Positions 1-8,865 of a stretch of 57,189 nucleotides of DNA are shown in pieces. Position numbers and translations under genes: made by a program. The notes under the pieces are model-generated. The model made no database searches. It worked only from the letters and a program-made list of their open reading frames with translations, and had not been told where the DNA came from. Every line of letters starts with the position of its first letter. Position 1 is the first letter of the stretch. Source of the DNA: a virus (lineage: Duplodnaviria > Caudoviricetes); the IMG/VR virus record IMGVR_UViG_3300035703_000112, positions 1 to 57,189 of that record, one strand, 5' to 3'.

Positions 1-148
1 GAGTTGTGCCATGTGGACAAGAGGGGGAGTCGGGGCATGGGTTGGGTATTGGTCGCGTCTATGTGTGTTCTCTCTCTCTATCTCTATGTGTTTGTTTTGA
101 TTGATTAATAGGGGGGGGAAGTGTTAACATAATATTTGGTAAATAATG

Positions 149-179
149 TTTGTTTTTCCGGTAAACAACACTATGTTTG
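149..179 (+). promoter_or_regulatory. Bacteroidota sigma-A type promoter
   Basis: TTTG (149-152), 19-nt spacer, TATGTTTG (172-179); matches the -33/-7 consensus; ATG at 195. Confidence 0.7.
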
Positions 180-194
180 CATAAACATTAGAAA

Positions 195-407
195 ATGGAA
201 AAAGAAAAACAATTGCCAGCAGATGTAGACCTAACTGTTTGGGTGACTCAGCAAGCATTAGCAGACGAACTGAGCAAAACCATTCATACCGTACACAATT
301 GGGTTCAAAGGGGTAAAATTGAGTGGGGATACCTTCCCGGAAGTAGTATTAAGCTTGTAAACAAGAATACAGTATCTATCAACTTCAATCATTACAAAAA
401 CAAATGA
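195..407 (+). CDS. Excisionase-like/MerR-type HTH DNA-binding protein
   Basis: 70 aa, VTQQALADELSKTIHTVHNWVQRGKI has a winged-HTH pattern. Confidence 0.65.
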   Translation: MEKEKQLPADVDLTVWVTQQALADELSKTIHTVHNWVQRGKIEWGYLPGSSIKLVNKNTVSINFNHYKNK

Positions 408-577
408 TTAAACAACTTAAAAACAACTGGGCTATTTTTTTATTAATTGCAACTTGCATTTATATAATGTCCCTGTCTAGCATAAGGGCGGAAAAAGCTG
501 AAAAAGAAGTAAAAAAATACAAAAATTACTTAGACTCATTGAATTTGACTAACGAATCAATGCGAAATAAAAAATAA
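404..577 (+). CDS. Small membrane-anchored hypothetical protein (57 aa)
   Basis: Translated by hand: MIKQLKNNWAIFLLIATCIYIMSL...; ATGA overlap with the upstream stop. Confidence 0.6.
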   Translation: MIKQLKNNWAIFLLIATCIYIMSLSSIRAEKAEKEVKKYKNYLDSLNLTNESMRNKK

Positions 578-581
578 TAAA

Positions 582-704
582 ATGGCTGAAATTATGATAT
601 GTCTAATCGTAGCAGTAATAGTGTCTTATGCTTGGGCAAACGCAATAGATAAACAAAACAAAAATTTCCCAGACTACAAAGGAGATGACTTTCTTGAATA
701 CTAA
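582..704 (+). CDS. Small membrane hypothetical protein (40 aa)
   Basis: Translated by hand: MAEIMICLIVAVIVSYAWANAIDKQNKNFPDYKGDDFLEY; tightly packed with neighbours. Confidence 0.55.
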   Translation: MAEIMICLIVAVIVSYAWANAIDKQNKNFPDYKGDDFLEY

Positions 705-712
705 ATAAACAA

Positions 713-892
713 ATGATGATTAAGATTATCGACCCGCCATCTGGATGGCTTTATGGATTCCCAAAAGAAATACCAGAAGATATTAAAGATGTAAGAGGGT
801 GGCTTGTTCAGAATGGTTACCCAATGGAAGAACTAGAGGCATTTGGTGATACATTTACATATAGATGCTGGTATGAGGGAGATGATGATTGA
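713..892 (+). CDS. Hypothetical phage protein (59 aa)
   Basis: Translated by hand: MMIKIIDPPSGWLYGFPKEIP...WLVQNGYP; resembles a recurrent small phage protein type. Confidence 0.65.
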   Translation: MMIKIIDPPSGWLYGFPKEIPEDIKDVRGWLVQNGYPMEELEAFGDTFTYRCWYEGDDD

Positions 893-951
893 TGATTGTC
901 AGCATGTAAGCTTACAAACTGACAAAATTCGGAAAATCGTAAATCTATACT

Positions 952-1155
952 ATGACAACAAAACAAACAGCAGTAGAATGGTTACAAGAATGTTTATCAA
1001 TCCACTTAAGTCATCAACAACAAATGCAATTTGAAGGCTTGTTTCAACAAGCCAAAGCAATGGAGAAAGAGCATATTGAAGATGCTTTTGATACTGGAAC
1101 TACGGATGATGACAGAATAGGAAAAGAATACTACAACGAAACATATGGCAAATAA
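952..1155 (+). CDS. Hypothetical protein (KQTAVEWL family of Bacteroidota phages)
   Basis: MTTKQTAVEWL...QAKAMEKEHIEDAF...EYYNETY pattern. Confidence 0.7.
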   Translation: MTTKQTAVEWLQECLSIHLSHQQQMQFEGLFQQAKAMEKEHIEDAFDTGTTDDDRIGKEYYNETYGK

Positions 1156-1765
1156 TGTAGAGCTATTAGGATGGTATGGGGATGATTTGACACATGCATG
1201 TTCTGCATGGACAAGTACAAGCAGGGAACTCACTGATGAGAAGATAGCCAGAGTTCCAAAGCTGCTTACTATGCTTGCATCTGAGGGTCATTTTACACCT
1301 TTTGAGAAGTCTAGCTTACATTTCTTAGTTACAGTAGAGCAAGCTACGCATATTCACTTACTTAAACACAGGATTGGTGTAAGCATCAATGGTGAGAGTG
1401 CTCGCTATAAAGAACTGAAAGAGGATAAGTATTACATTCCTGTCGATTGGGAAGAAAGATGGGTTATTGCTCTACACAACTACACAGAAATGGGTAATAA
1501 GCTCTATCATAATTGTTTGAGGGAACTGACACCTGTTATAGGCAGAAAGAGGGCTAAAGAATCAGCTCGTTTCTTCAAAACATTTAATTCCCAAATCACA
1601 ATGGATGTCATGTTCAACTGGAGAAGCTTCTACCACTTCCAACAGCTTAGAAACAGTGAGCATGCACAGCTTGAGGTGAGACAGCTTGCTCAGGATATGC
1701 TAAACTTGGTTAAGCAAATTGAGGGGAATCCATTCGAGCACACATTAAAAGCATTCAACCTGTAA
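1145..1765 (+). CDS. thyX: Flavin-dependent thymidylate synthase
   Basis: GHFTPFE, KHRIGVSINGESARY (RHRx7SxR signature variant), ESARF, FNWRSF, LRNSEHAQLEVR. Confidence 0.93.
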   Translation: MANNVELLGWYGDDLTHACSAWTSTSRELTDEKIARVPKLLTMLASEGHFTPFEKSSLHFLVTVEQATHIHLLKHRIGVSINGESARYKELKEDKYYIPVDWEERWVIALHNYTEMGNKLYHNCLRELTPVIGRKRAKESARFFKTFNSQITMDVMFNWRSFYHFQQLRNSEHAQLEVRQLAQDMLNLVKQIEGNPFEHTLKAFNL

Positions 1766-1769
1766 AAGA

Positions 1770-2027
1770 TTACTTTACTTCAACCCAACGAAAGTTGTTA
1801 TCCCAAAGAAATCTAGCAGTTTTGCTGGATTCTTTGCTAACTTTCGTCTCACTCCAATCTGGGTGTTTTATGTGGTAGAATTCGTGTAATATGTATAATA
1901 AATGCCTGTACCCCTCAAGTCTCGTATCTAGCTCAATAGTATTATTGGCGAAATCGGCTAACCCGTAGGCCCTTTCTTTACCTAGCGGCCTATAAATTAC
2001 TTTTGGCTTCTTGTATGTTCTGGGCAT
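1770..2027 (-). CDS. Small zincin-like (HExxH) protein
   Basis: YGLADF...IELDTRL...YILHEFYH motif. Confidence 0.6.
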   Translation of the reverse strand: MPRTYKKPKVIYRPLGKERAYGLADFANNTIELDTRLEGYRHLLYILHEFYHIKHPDWSETKVSKESSKTARFLWDNNFRWVEVK

Positions 2028-2220
2028 TTTCTATCTTTTTTATAGCCGCTTTTAAGTATATACACTTATCCAAACACTCTTCATAAGCTTCTTGTAGCCA
2101 GTTTTTAAGTTCATAGTCATCTCGGTCTACGGTTGTTCCGTATGTCTCCAGACCCTTTACTTCCCTTTCAAAAAGGTCATCAATCACTTCTTGCAGTATT
2201 TTACTCTTCGCTCTCATCAT
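1990..2220 (-). CDS. All-alpha NTP pyrophosphohydrolase-like phage protein
   Basis: GLETYGTTVDRDD...WLQEAYEECLDKCIYLK; EExxD pattern. Confidence 0.55.
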   Translation of the reverse strand: MMRAKSKILQEVIDDLFEREVKGLETYGTTVDRDDYELKNWLQEAYEECLDKCIYLKAAIKKIENAQNIQEAKSNL

Positions 2221-2488
2221 CTTCTTCTTTTAGGCTTTCAAGGGAAGTGATGAAAATAGACATATCATCATAACCCTCCCTTATTATTAATTCATCTCCA
2301 CTATAAAGTCTAATCTTGCACTCCTCATCAGTACCCGGAATTTCAATAATCCTTTCTATATCGTCAAAGTGAACATTAACTCTTCTCACCTTATATTTCC
2401 TACGCACAGAAAGTCCAAGCTTTTCTAACGTATCGTCTTCTTGGTCGGCTTCTATATATTTCTCTATCAGTTCTATGCGGAAACCCAT
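2201..2488 (-). CDS. Hypothetical protein (start re-called at MGFRIE)
   Basis: ATG at 2488 directly follows a TAAATTTG box; the longer ORF overlaps the phosphoesterase gene. Confidence 0.6.
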   Translation of the reverse strand: MGFRIELIEKYIEADQEDDTLEKLGLSVRRKYKVRRVNVHFDDIERIIEIPGTDEECKIRLYSGDELIIREGYDDMSIFITSLESLKEEDDESEE

Positions 2489-2507
2489 GCCCAAATTTAA
2501 CGAATTA

Positions 2508-3518
2508 CTACAGGACTTTACCTTTGAATATTCGTTTGTTTCTAACCTCAAACCCATCTTCAGCTGAATCAATGATGGCAAATCCGTGGTTCCATTTATT
2601 GATAGGGGAATAGGCAGGATGCAGTTCGCTCAAACAGCCTGTAGACCAAGTAGTTGTGATTTTGCCATTCATGTCACTTTCAGTATGCTCGGATGTCTGA
2701 TGGTTGTGCCCTTGGATAGCCGATGTTTTAGCGCGAAGGAATAATCCCCTAGCCACATTTACGGGGCTGAAAAAGCCACTGGAAAACTCATGACCATGAA
2801 TTATGTTTAATCCATTTAGGTTAATTATTCGCTTATCTGAAACATATTCAATACCCTCAGCTCTAGCTTTAATAATATTTTCAAAATCAAATTCTGAAAC
2901 ATCTGTAAGTTCGGCAGCTTTAGACCATAAGAAATGTTGATACCTTTCCTCATGATTTCCCACCTTAAATATGATTTTTGAGCTAGGGAAAACATTCTTC
3001 AAAATATCCATGAATTGTTTAAAAGCATTTAATTCATGTGATACACTTCTCTTTTTAGGGTCTCTTACAAATCTTGATAGGCCATGAAAATCCAATGTAT
3101 CCCCATTCAACAGTATACAATCGGGGTTTTCTTTCTCTGCAAATTCCAAAGCTGCCGTAAGCGCATTAATAGAATGATATGGTATATGTATGTCTGACAA
3201 AAGCAAAACCCGTTTAGCATTTAATATAAACGGGTCGTAGTTTGTTTCATCACTTTCCGGCAATGAATATGGGTTACAATTTCTATCCTTTTCCATATAA
3301 TATTTTGAATTTTTAATGTAAGAATTAATTCTCTTACTACCCACTTTGCCTTCAATATACCTCAAACAATACCTTACATCTTCTTTGTCCTTAAATAAAA
3401 GCTTATTTTCTTCGTAAATGATTTTAGCCAACATAGCTGTTGGCATATCTGAGCCATATTTATCTCTATACTTTCTACAACAATCCAATCTAGCACTTTT
3501 TTGCTGGCCAAATGGCAT
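2508..3518 (-). CDS. Calcineurin-like metallophosphoesterase
   Basis: LSDIHIPY, LNGDTLD, GNHEER, IIHGHE and GHNHQ motifs. Confidence 0.9.
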   Translation of the reverse strand: MPFGQQKSARLDCCRKYRDKYGSDMPTAMLAKIIYEENKLLFKDKEDVRYCLRYIEGKVGSKRINSYIKNSKYYMEKDRNCNPYSLPESDETNYDPFILNAKRVLLLSDIHIPYHSINALTAALEFAEKENPDCILLNGDTLDFHGLSRFVRDPKKRSVSHELNAFKQFMDILKNVFPSSKIIFKVGNHEERYQHFLWSKAAELTDVSEFDFENIIKARAEGIEYVSDKRIINLNGLNIIHGHEFSSGFFSPVNVARGLFLRAKTSAIQGHNHQTSEHTESDMNGKITTTWSTGCLSELHPAYSPINKWNHGFAIIDSAEDGFEVRNKRIFKGKVL

Positions 3519-3536
3519 AATGTATTATTTTGCTAC

Positions 3537-3568
3537 CAAAGCTACAAACCAAAATTCAAATAAACAAA
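3537..3568 (-). promoter_or_regulatory. Bacteroidota-type promoter for the phosphoesterase
   Basis: Minus strand TTTG (3565-3568), 20 nt, TAGCTTTG (3537-3544). Confidence 0.55.
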
Positions 3569-3577
3569 TTTTGGAAC

Positions 3578-3607
3578 AAAAAACCCCCACCGTAGAAACG
3601 GCAGGGG
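3578..3607 (-). terminator. Intrinsic terminator
   Basis: Minus strand CCCCTGCCG-TTTCTA-CGGTGGGGG followed by TTTTTT. Confidence 0.7.
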
Positions 3608-3644
3608 ACATTAACCAAAAACAAACGCTAGATTAAAATATTAT

Positions 3645-3950
3645 TCAATCATTATAATTATATAGCGGATTTGTGTTATAGATACTCTTGTTCTCAGTTT
3701 TAGGTCTTTTAATTTTCGAATTTTCTTTTTTTGGCACTACTTTATCAAGCATTTTTTCCATAGCATCATAATCATAATTCTCAGTCAATTCTGGAGATAT
3801 AATGATATAACATCTATAAAAAGCTCCTGCATAAAGCTTCTTCCAATTATTTACAATTTCTCTTCTATTTATTCTGTCGGAATACTTCCTTGTTGATATG
3901 GGCAAATTTGTGTCAGAATCATATAAATAAATAAGTCCTTTACTTGGCAT
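3645..3950 (-). CDS. Hypothetical protein
   Basis: 101-aa ORF in a tightly packed leftward operon. Confidence 0.65.
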   Translation of the reverse strand: MPSKGLIYLYDSDTNLPISTRKYSDRINRREIVNNWKKLYAGAFYRCYIIISPELTENYDYDAMEKMLDKVVPKKENSKIKRPKTENKSIYNTNPLYNYND

Positions 3951-4269
3951 CAGTTATATTTTTTTTCAATACTTGTATTATTTCATCTAAAGAATCTTCA
4001 GAAAGGCCAAACACAGTATCAAAAAGCTCGGCTAATAGCATAACCTCATTACCTCTAAATTCTTTCTTAAATATATCCCTATATAATTCAGAGCTATACT
4101 GGTTGTGAATAAACCAATTCTCAACTGATTCCACAGATTTTATTACAGTATTAACTCTTTTTCTAAGGTCATACTTAGTAGAATCAACTAATTGTCTTGC
4201 GCCATATTCTGCTATTATGCACCCAATGACCATTTTTTTAATTGCAGAAACGGATTGTTTTTGGTCCAT
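3940..4269 (-). CDS. Hypothetical protein
   Basis: 109-aa ORF, overlaps its neighbour. Confidence 0.65.
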   Translation of the reverse strand: MDQKQSVSAIKKMVIGCIIAEYGARQLVDSTKYDLRKRVNTVIKSVESVENWFIHNQYSSELYRDIFKKEFRGNEVMLLAELFDTVFGLSEDSLDEIIQVLKKNITDAK

Positions 4270-4270
4270 G

Positions 4271-4501
4271 TTAATTGTGTATTTTTAATAATGTAAATCT
4301 TTTGATAATAACCAGCTCGTCACCCTTTACATCATCAAATACGTCTGGAATCATTTTTATGCGCTTTGGGATTGGCACAAATTTCCCATTACTATAAACA
4401 CACTTTACACCGACTAAAACAAAATCTCCATCTTGAAGTTCAAGAGTACCCTTAGCTTCTACTGCAATTGCTTGGCCTTCTGATAATTCTGAAAGTTTCA
4501 T
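4271..4501 (-). CDS. Hypothetical protein
   Basis: 76-aa ORF with an A-rich upstream region. Confidence 0.6.
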   Translation of the reverse strand: MKLSELSEGQAIAVEAKGTLELQDGDFVLVGVKCVYSNGKFVPIPKRIKMIPDVFDDVKGDELVIIKRFTLLKIHN

Positions 4502-4511
4502 TTATGTTTTT

Positions 4512-4832
4512 TTAAAATGGCAAATCTGTGTTAGATGTTAAATTTGATATATCAGAACCACTAACATTACTTGTAGAATTTTGCTTTCTTTCAATTGGTT
4601 TGAAATTACCAACATACACCTTGCCCTCAGTCTCTTTATTTTCTTTCTTTGAATTTAACTGAAGCGAATGGCTATTATTGTACTTGTCTAGCGTTGAGTT
4701 TTCCCAAAGCAGGACATTACAATAAATTTTTCCATTAGATTCTACTTTAATAAATGAGCTATGCCCATCTTTCAATTTTTGCATTAAATCTGTAATGCAA
4801 ATGGTTCCTGAGAAAAGTTTGCTTTCTTTCAT
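4512..4832 (-). CDS. Putative single-stranded DNA-binding protein
   Basis: Beta-rich core (NGKIYCNVLLW...DKYNN...YVGN), flexible tail ending in DLPF; located near the primase-helicase. Confidence 0.55.
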   Translation of the reverse strand: MKESKLFSGTICITDLMQKLKDGHSSFIKVESNGKIYCNVLLWENSTLDKYNNSHSLQLNSKKENKETEGKVYVGNFKPIERKQNSTSNVSGSDISNLTSNTDLPF

Positions 4833-5059
4833 TTTTCTAATTTTTGATAGTTATCAATTGTTAATCCAAGTTCTGATATAAGAGTTTGTACTATAGGGAA
4901 GTCGTTGAGTATTTTAGTGGCTTGCAAATTTATCTTAAATATCTTCTTAGCCATTTCATCAGAAACTTCCCCTTCCACACCAGTAATTAAGTTTTTATAC
5001 TTACTATCTCCTAAGTACTGGTATAATTGATTGTTTTGTATGTTTCTAACTATTGCCAT
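4829..5059 (-). CDS. Hypothetical protein
   Basis: 76-aa ORF, translationally coupled. Confidence 0.6.
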   Translation of the reverse strand: MAIVRNIQNNQLYQYLGDSKYKNLITGVEGEVSDEMAKKIFKINLQATKILNDFPIVQTLISELGLTIDNYQKLEK

Positions 5060-5313
5060 TAAAAGTAATCTTCACAAAGTATTGGTGTCTTCTCTCCAAT
5101 ATAAGAGCCAGCAATATTATATTCGAAAAACTCAACAGCCTCGGGCTCTGACATTTCGTTTCTCAAATTTTTAATTATAGATGAAACTGAATAAATTAAT
5201 CTCATTGATTGTAAATCAACACCAATCACTGCATTATCATGACCATCCATCTTAATGAACTCTTCTTCATCAAATGCGTCTAGAATATAATCTAGCACTA
5301 GTTTGTTTTTCAT
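5059..5313 (-). CDS. Conserved phage hypothetical protein
   Basis: DGHDNAVIG...EAVEFFEYNIAGSYIGEKTPI pattern, recalled from many aquatic phages. Confidence 0.7.
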   Translation of the reverse strand: MKNKLVLDYILDAFDEEEFIKMDGHDNAVIGVDLQSMRLIYSVSSIIKNLRNEMSEPEAVEFFEYNIAGSYIGEKTPILCEDYF

Positions 5314-5334
5314 TGTTTTAGGTTTTAATCAAAA

Positions 5335-7182
5335 TTAGAAGTTTATATCTGTTTCAGGAAATTCTCTCCATATTTCTTGTGGAGTGAAATCATTTTTTTC
5401 CTGCATCTTAGATTTTTTAGCAAATAATGGGTCGCAAGGCATTTCGCTGTTACTATTAATATATCTCTTTTTAGCCCAGTTTAGTGTTAAAGGGAAGTGC
5501 CCAAGTTTACCCCCTGTTCTTTTCCTTTTAAGTTTCTGGACATAAACCTCAACATCTGGGCTATTCTTATCTTCATGAAATCTTGGCCTATAATAAGCTA
5601 AAATTTGGTCAGACTTATTAGCCCACATACTACCGCCATGCAAATCGTAACTATCTGGTACTGGAAGTGAACGGTCTTGATTATATGTTGGGTTTTTAGG
5701 ATGAGCAATTATGCAGTAAGATATATTATTCAATAAAGCGAATCTTTTGATATCTTTAAGTATTGTACTAAGATACTGGTCATCTCTTTCATATGCCTTT
5801 TGAGTCCTATCTAATTGATTAAATGGGTCAATCATAACTCCATCAATTCCTTTTTTCAAAATAAGATATCTAAACTTCTCATGTATAGAATTTATGTCAT
5901 GCTCGCTTTCTGGATAAACATAATAGATATGCTCAGAAATAAAATTACAAGCCTCTGTATATTCATCTACTGTCATATCCTTTAACCACTTCCCGGCATA
6001 CATCTCCACGATATCATCATAAAAGTCATTTGGAGGATAATTCTCAGGAGAAAATATCGCCCACTTCCAACCATCCCAAATAGATTTAGTAATCATCAAT
6101 TGAAGCATAAAAAATGATTTGCCATGATTACCGTACCCAGTACACAAAGTAATATCTCCCTTTTTCCATCTGAAGAAATCATCCATTTCACCAAACCTTG
6201 TCGTTGGTGCAAGTTGAACTCCTTCTTTAAAAGATTCCAGCATATCAGGGAATATGCTTTCTAAGTAATAAACACCATCTACAGGAATCAAGTTGGATTC
6301 AAGTAATATTTTTATTACCTCGTCCTTGCCATATTTAAGCAATACTTCATTTAAATCTTTACAATCATTTGGATATTCAACTACTCGACATTTCTCAACT
6401 CCAAGCCTTCTAACTAATTCATCTTTCAATTTTCTACCAGCATCATCTGAGTCAGTTGCAATGATAAATTCATCAATAGAAGACAACCATTCGCTACAAT
6501 TATCAAGATATTCTAATTGTTGGTTTCCTTTACTTGCACCATTTGGAACTGATAATACAGCCCACCTTCCAAGTTCGTGCTCTACCACTTCTCCATCATC
6601 ATTTGGTTCTGGTTCATAATTGTTTCCAAAACCACATTCATATGCAACTAACATATCCCATTCGCCTTCAGTTATAATAGCGCAATGTCTTCCCTCAATA
6701 GTTTGCATACCAAAGAATATCAATTCAGCATCTTTAATCAATCTAAAGTTTTTAGCTCCATCTCTATACTTTGCATTTACAATTTGGGAATCTCTTATAT
6801 ATGGGAAAACAATACAACGCTCTTTTTTCTGTGTCGCTGGCATCCATTCTTCTTTTCCATGTATGAAGAATTTTTTTAATGTTTCATGTGAAACACCACG
6901 ACTTTCAGAGTATGCAACGATACGCTCATTCAACTGAATATTTTCGAGCATTGATTTATCCGGCCTAGAATATTTTTTTGACGATTCCCGGCGTTCAAAA
7001 GATTTTACGTTTCCACGCCAACCACAATGATGGCAATTGTAAGTTCCCTCAGTTACATTAACTGACAAACAAGGGTCTTTTTTATTTCTGCGGGAATCTG
7101 AGCACTTTGGGCACACTGTTTTTTCCTGTCCACTTCTTCTTCGGATTTTGATATCAAGTTTAGTAAGCTGGTTGTAGTACAT
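5335..7182 (-). CDS. Twinkle/T7 gp4-like DNA primase-helicase
   Basis: Zn finger CPKC...CHHC, Toprim TEGEWD and ATDSDDAG, Walker A GYGNHGKS, IDPFN, IAHPK, DLHGG. Confidence 0.92.
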   Translation of the reverse strand: MYYNQLTKLDIKIRRRSGQEKTVCPKCSDSRRNKKDPCLSVNVTEGTYNCHHCGWRGNVKSFERRESSKKYSRPDKSMLENIQLNERIVAYSESRGVSHETLKKFFIHGKEEWMPATQKKERCIVFPYIRDSQIVNAKYRDGAKNFRLIKDAELIFFGMQTIEGRHCAIITEGEWDMLVAYECGFGNNYEPEPNDDGEVVEHELGRWAVLSVPNGASKGNQQLEYLDNCSEWLSSIDEFIIATDSDDAGRKLKDELVRRLGVEKCRVVEYPNDCKDLNEVLLKYGKDEVIKILLESNLIPVDGVYYLESIFPDMLESFKEGVQLAPTTRFGEMDDFFRWKKGDITLCTGYGNHGKSFFMLQLMITKSIWDGWKWAIFSPENYPPNDFYDDIVEMYAGKWLKDMTVDEYTEACNFISEHIYYVYPESEHDINSIHEKFRYLILKKGIDGVMIDPFNQLDRTQKAYERDDQYLSTILKDIKRFALLNNISYCIIAHPKNPTYNQDRSLPVPDSYDLHGGSMWANKSDQILAYYRPRFHEDKNSPDVEVYVQKLKRKRTGGKLGHFPLTLNWAKKRYINSNSEMPCDPLFAKKSKMQEKNDFTPQEIWREFPETDINF

Positions 7183-7307
7183 TACAAATTATTTTTGGTC
7201 AATTGATTTTAAGGCGATTCTAGCCCCTGTTTTTTTTGAGTAAGGTGTTGATACCTTTTTGCGTTTTGACGCGAAATTTGGGCCGTTTCCGTGCGTCTGA
7301 TGCGATT

Positions 7308-8012
7308 CTAGGTTCCTGCATCAACCTCGGAAAGCGGTTTGAGCAGCTCCGGCACGGCTTCGATGTGGTAAGGCCGAATTTCCTTTTTTGCCCATAGTGC
7401 GAATTCTTCCTCGGTCATAGGCTGGCACGTTTCATCTTCGAAAACCACAACTTTCAACTTAGGCAAAACATACATCCCAACTTTTTTTGGTTTGGGAACT
7501 CGTGGTGAAATCCTTTTTTCTTCTTTTTCTTTTTCTTTTTTATTTATTTTTTCTTTTTCTTTTTGTTCTTTTTTAGAAAAGTCCTTAGTTTCTAAGTTAC
7601 TTTCTTTTATTTCATTTCTTTCTTTTATTTTATTTATAGCATTGCTGTCGCATTCCGAACGCAATGCGTTCGCATTACCCCATCTGTAACTAGCTGATTC
7701 TCTTGCTTTTATAGATTTAGAATTTACCTCATCTAACCTCCTCTGCACCGACTTGGAACCGAAAAAATTCTCCGAAATTTCGAACAAACCGAAGTCCTCA
7801 ACAACACTCTTTACAACGTCGCATTGCGCTCGCAAATCGAACGCAATGCCTTCGTAGTCCGTTCGCAATGCGTTCGCATTATGATACAAATCCTCCACAA
7901 TTGACCAGTAAATTCCATAGCCAATCATGCCGTGTTTTCTAATCAAAATTTTAATTTTTTCGTCATTTCTGGCGTTATAATCGTGGCTGAAGTAAAAGGT
8001 TAATTTAGGCAT
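7308..8012 (-). CDS. Putative replication initiator (DUF4373/Lin1244-like N-terminal domain)
   Basis: YFSHDYNARNDEKI...GYGIYWSIVEDLY; sits immediately upstream of the helicase; start re-called at MPKLTF. Confidence 0.75.
   Translation of the reverse strand: MPKLTFYFSHDYNARNDEKIKILIRKHGMIGYGIYWSIVEDLYHNANALRTDYEGIAFDLRAQCDVVKSVVEDFGLFEISENFFGSKSVQRRLDEVNSKSIKARESASYRWGNANALRSECDSNAINKIKERNEIKESNLETKDFSKKEQKEKEKINKKEKEKEEKRISPRVPKPKKVGMYVLPKLKVVVFEDETCQPMTEEEFALWAKKEIRPYHIEAVPELLKPLSEVDAGT
7648..7881. repeat. Iteron-like repeats inside the initiator gene (candidate origin)
   Basis: Exact 18-mer CGCAATGCGTTCGCATTA at 7660-7677 and 7864-7881; CGAACGCAATGC at 7656 and 7838; TCGCATT four times; next to an A/T tract at about 7510-7640. 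Confidence 0.6.
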
Positions 8013-8145
8013 AGGAAAAGGTGGCTTGCCCATGCTGTTGCTAAAAGTTATAACCACCCCAAACGAGCGACTTTAACGCAGCACAAGACAAGCCTAATTT
8101 TATCAGTAAAATGGTAATGAAATCAATGTTATAACTTTTAGCGAT
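8013..8145 (-). promoter_or_regulatory. Structured 5' leader (attenuator-like) of the initiator gene
   Basis: 15-bp perfect inverted repeat 8040-8054/8128-8142 overlapping an alternative hairpin 8023-8094. Confidence 0.55.
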
Positions 8146-8147
8146 TC

Positions 8148-8179
8148 CAAAGATAGGAGCTAAATATTTTTGCGTCAAA
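8148..8179 (-). promoter_or_regulatory. Bacteroidota-type promoter for the initiator
   Basis: Minus strand TTTG (8176-8179), 20 nt, TATCTTTG (8148-8155). Confidence 0.65.
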
Positions 8180-8189
8180 TATTTTTTTA

Positions 8190-8627
8190 TCAATAATGAG
8201 TGTATCTATTTTCTTCAATTTTTTCTATACTATCTTTCTCTTTTGCTAATGAAAAATAATAGATGTTAGTTTTATTTAATATGGCATTCATTAAATATGT
8301 ATCTCCTGATGAGTTTATGCATTCATACCAATTGTCAAAGACTTTTGCATTAACTGTTGAGTGAAAATATTCATCAGACTCTATTTCTATAATTTTATAA
8401 ATTTCCTGATTGATGATAATTTCATTTTTCTTTATTACAACTAAATTTCTTTCATTCAAAGAATCTATGGGTTTTAAGTCTTTTTTATCAGTATTATAGA
8501 TGGCTTTTACAACTTTCCCAAACAAAGCGACATGGTAATCTTTAACGTATAAATCATTTAGTGGTTGGCAATTCACTGAAATGTGAATGATAATAATTGC
8601 GACAAGTGTTGTGATTGTTTTTTTCAT
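8190..8627 (-). CDS. Exported hypothetical protein with signal peptide
   Basis: MKKTITTLVAIIIIHISVNC-Q; very AT-rich. Confidence 0.6.
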   Translation of the reverse strand: MKKTITTLVAIIIIHISVNCQPLNDLYVKDYHVALFGKVVKAIYNTDKKDLKPIDSLNERNLVVIKKNEIIINQEIYKIIEIESDEYFHSTVNAKVFDNWYECINSSGDTYLMNAILNKTNIYYFSLAKEKDSIEKIEENRYTHY

Positions 8628-8643
8628 TGTTTTTTGTTTTTGG

Positions 8644-8865
8644 TTAGTAAAGATATTCAATAGACTTATCCTTGTGTGTTAAAGCATAGTTAAGGTCTAT
8701 TTTTCTGACATCCCATATATTTTTATATGGTTTTTTTTCATATTGAGAAAGTTGTTTTTTAGACAGTATTCTTAGCATGAATACTTCATAGCTTACTGTC
8801 CCCAATCTTTCATCATTATAAAATATAGATATGTTCTCAACACCTTGCTTTATTTCAATTCTCAT
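8644..8865 (-). CDS. Hypothetical protein
   Basis: 73-aa ORF overlapping the upstream gene. Confidence 0.55.
   Translation of the reverse strand: MRIEIKQGVENISIFYNDERLGTVSYEVFMLRILSKKQLSQYEKKPYKNIWDVRKIDLNYALTHKDKSIEYLY

Noticed and set aside
843-1034. 63-aa ORF from the track
   Set aside because: Non-ATG start overlapping two better-supported ORFs (713..892 and 952..1155)
6293-6937. Plus-strand ORFs within the primase-helicase gene
   Set aside because: Antisense shadows with Ser/Phe-rich, non-protein-like composition
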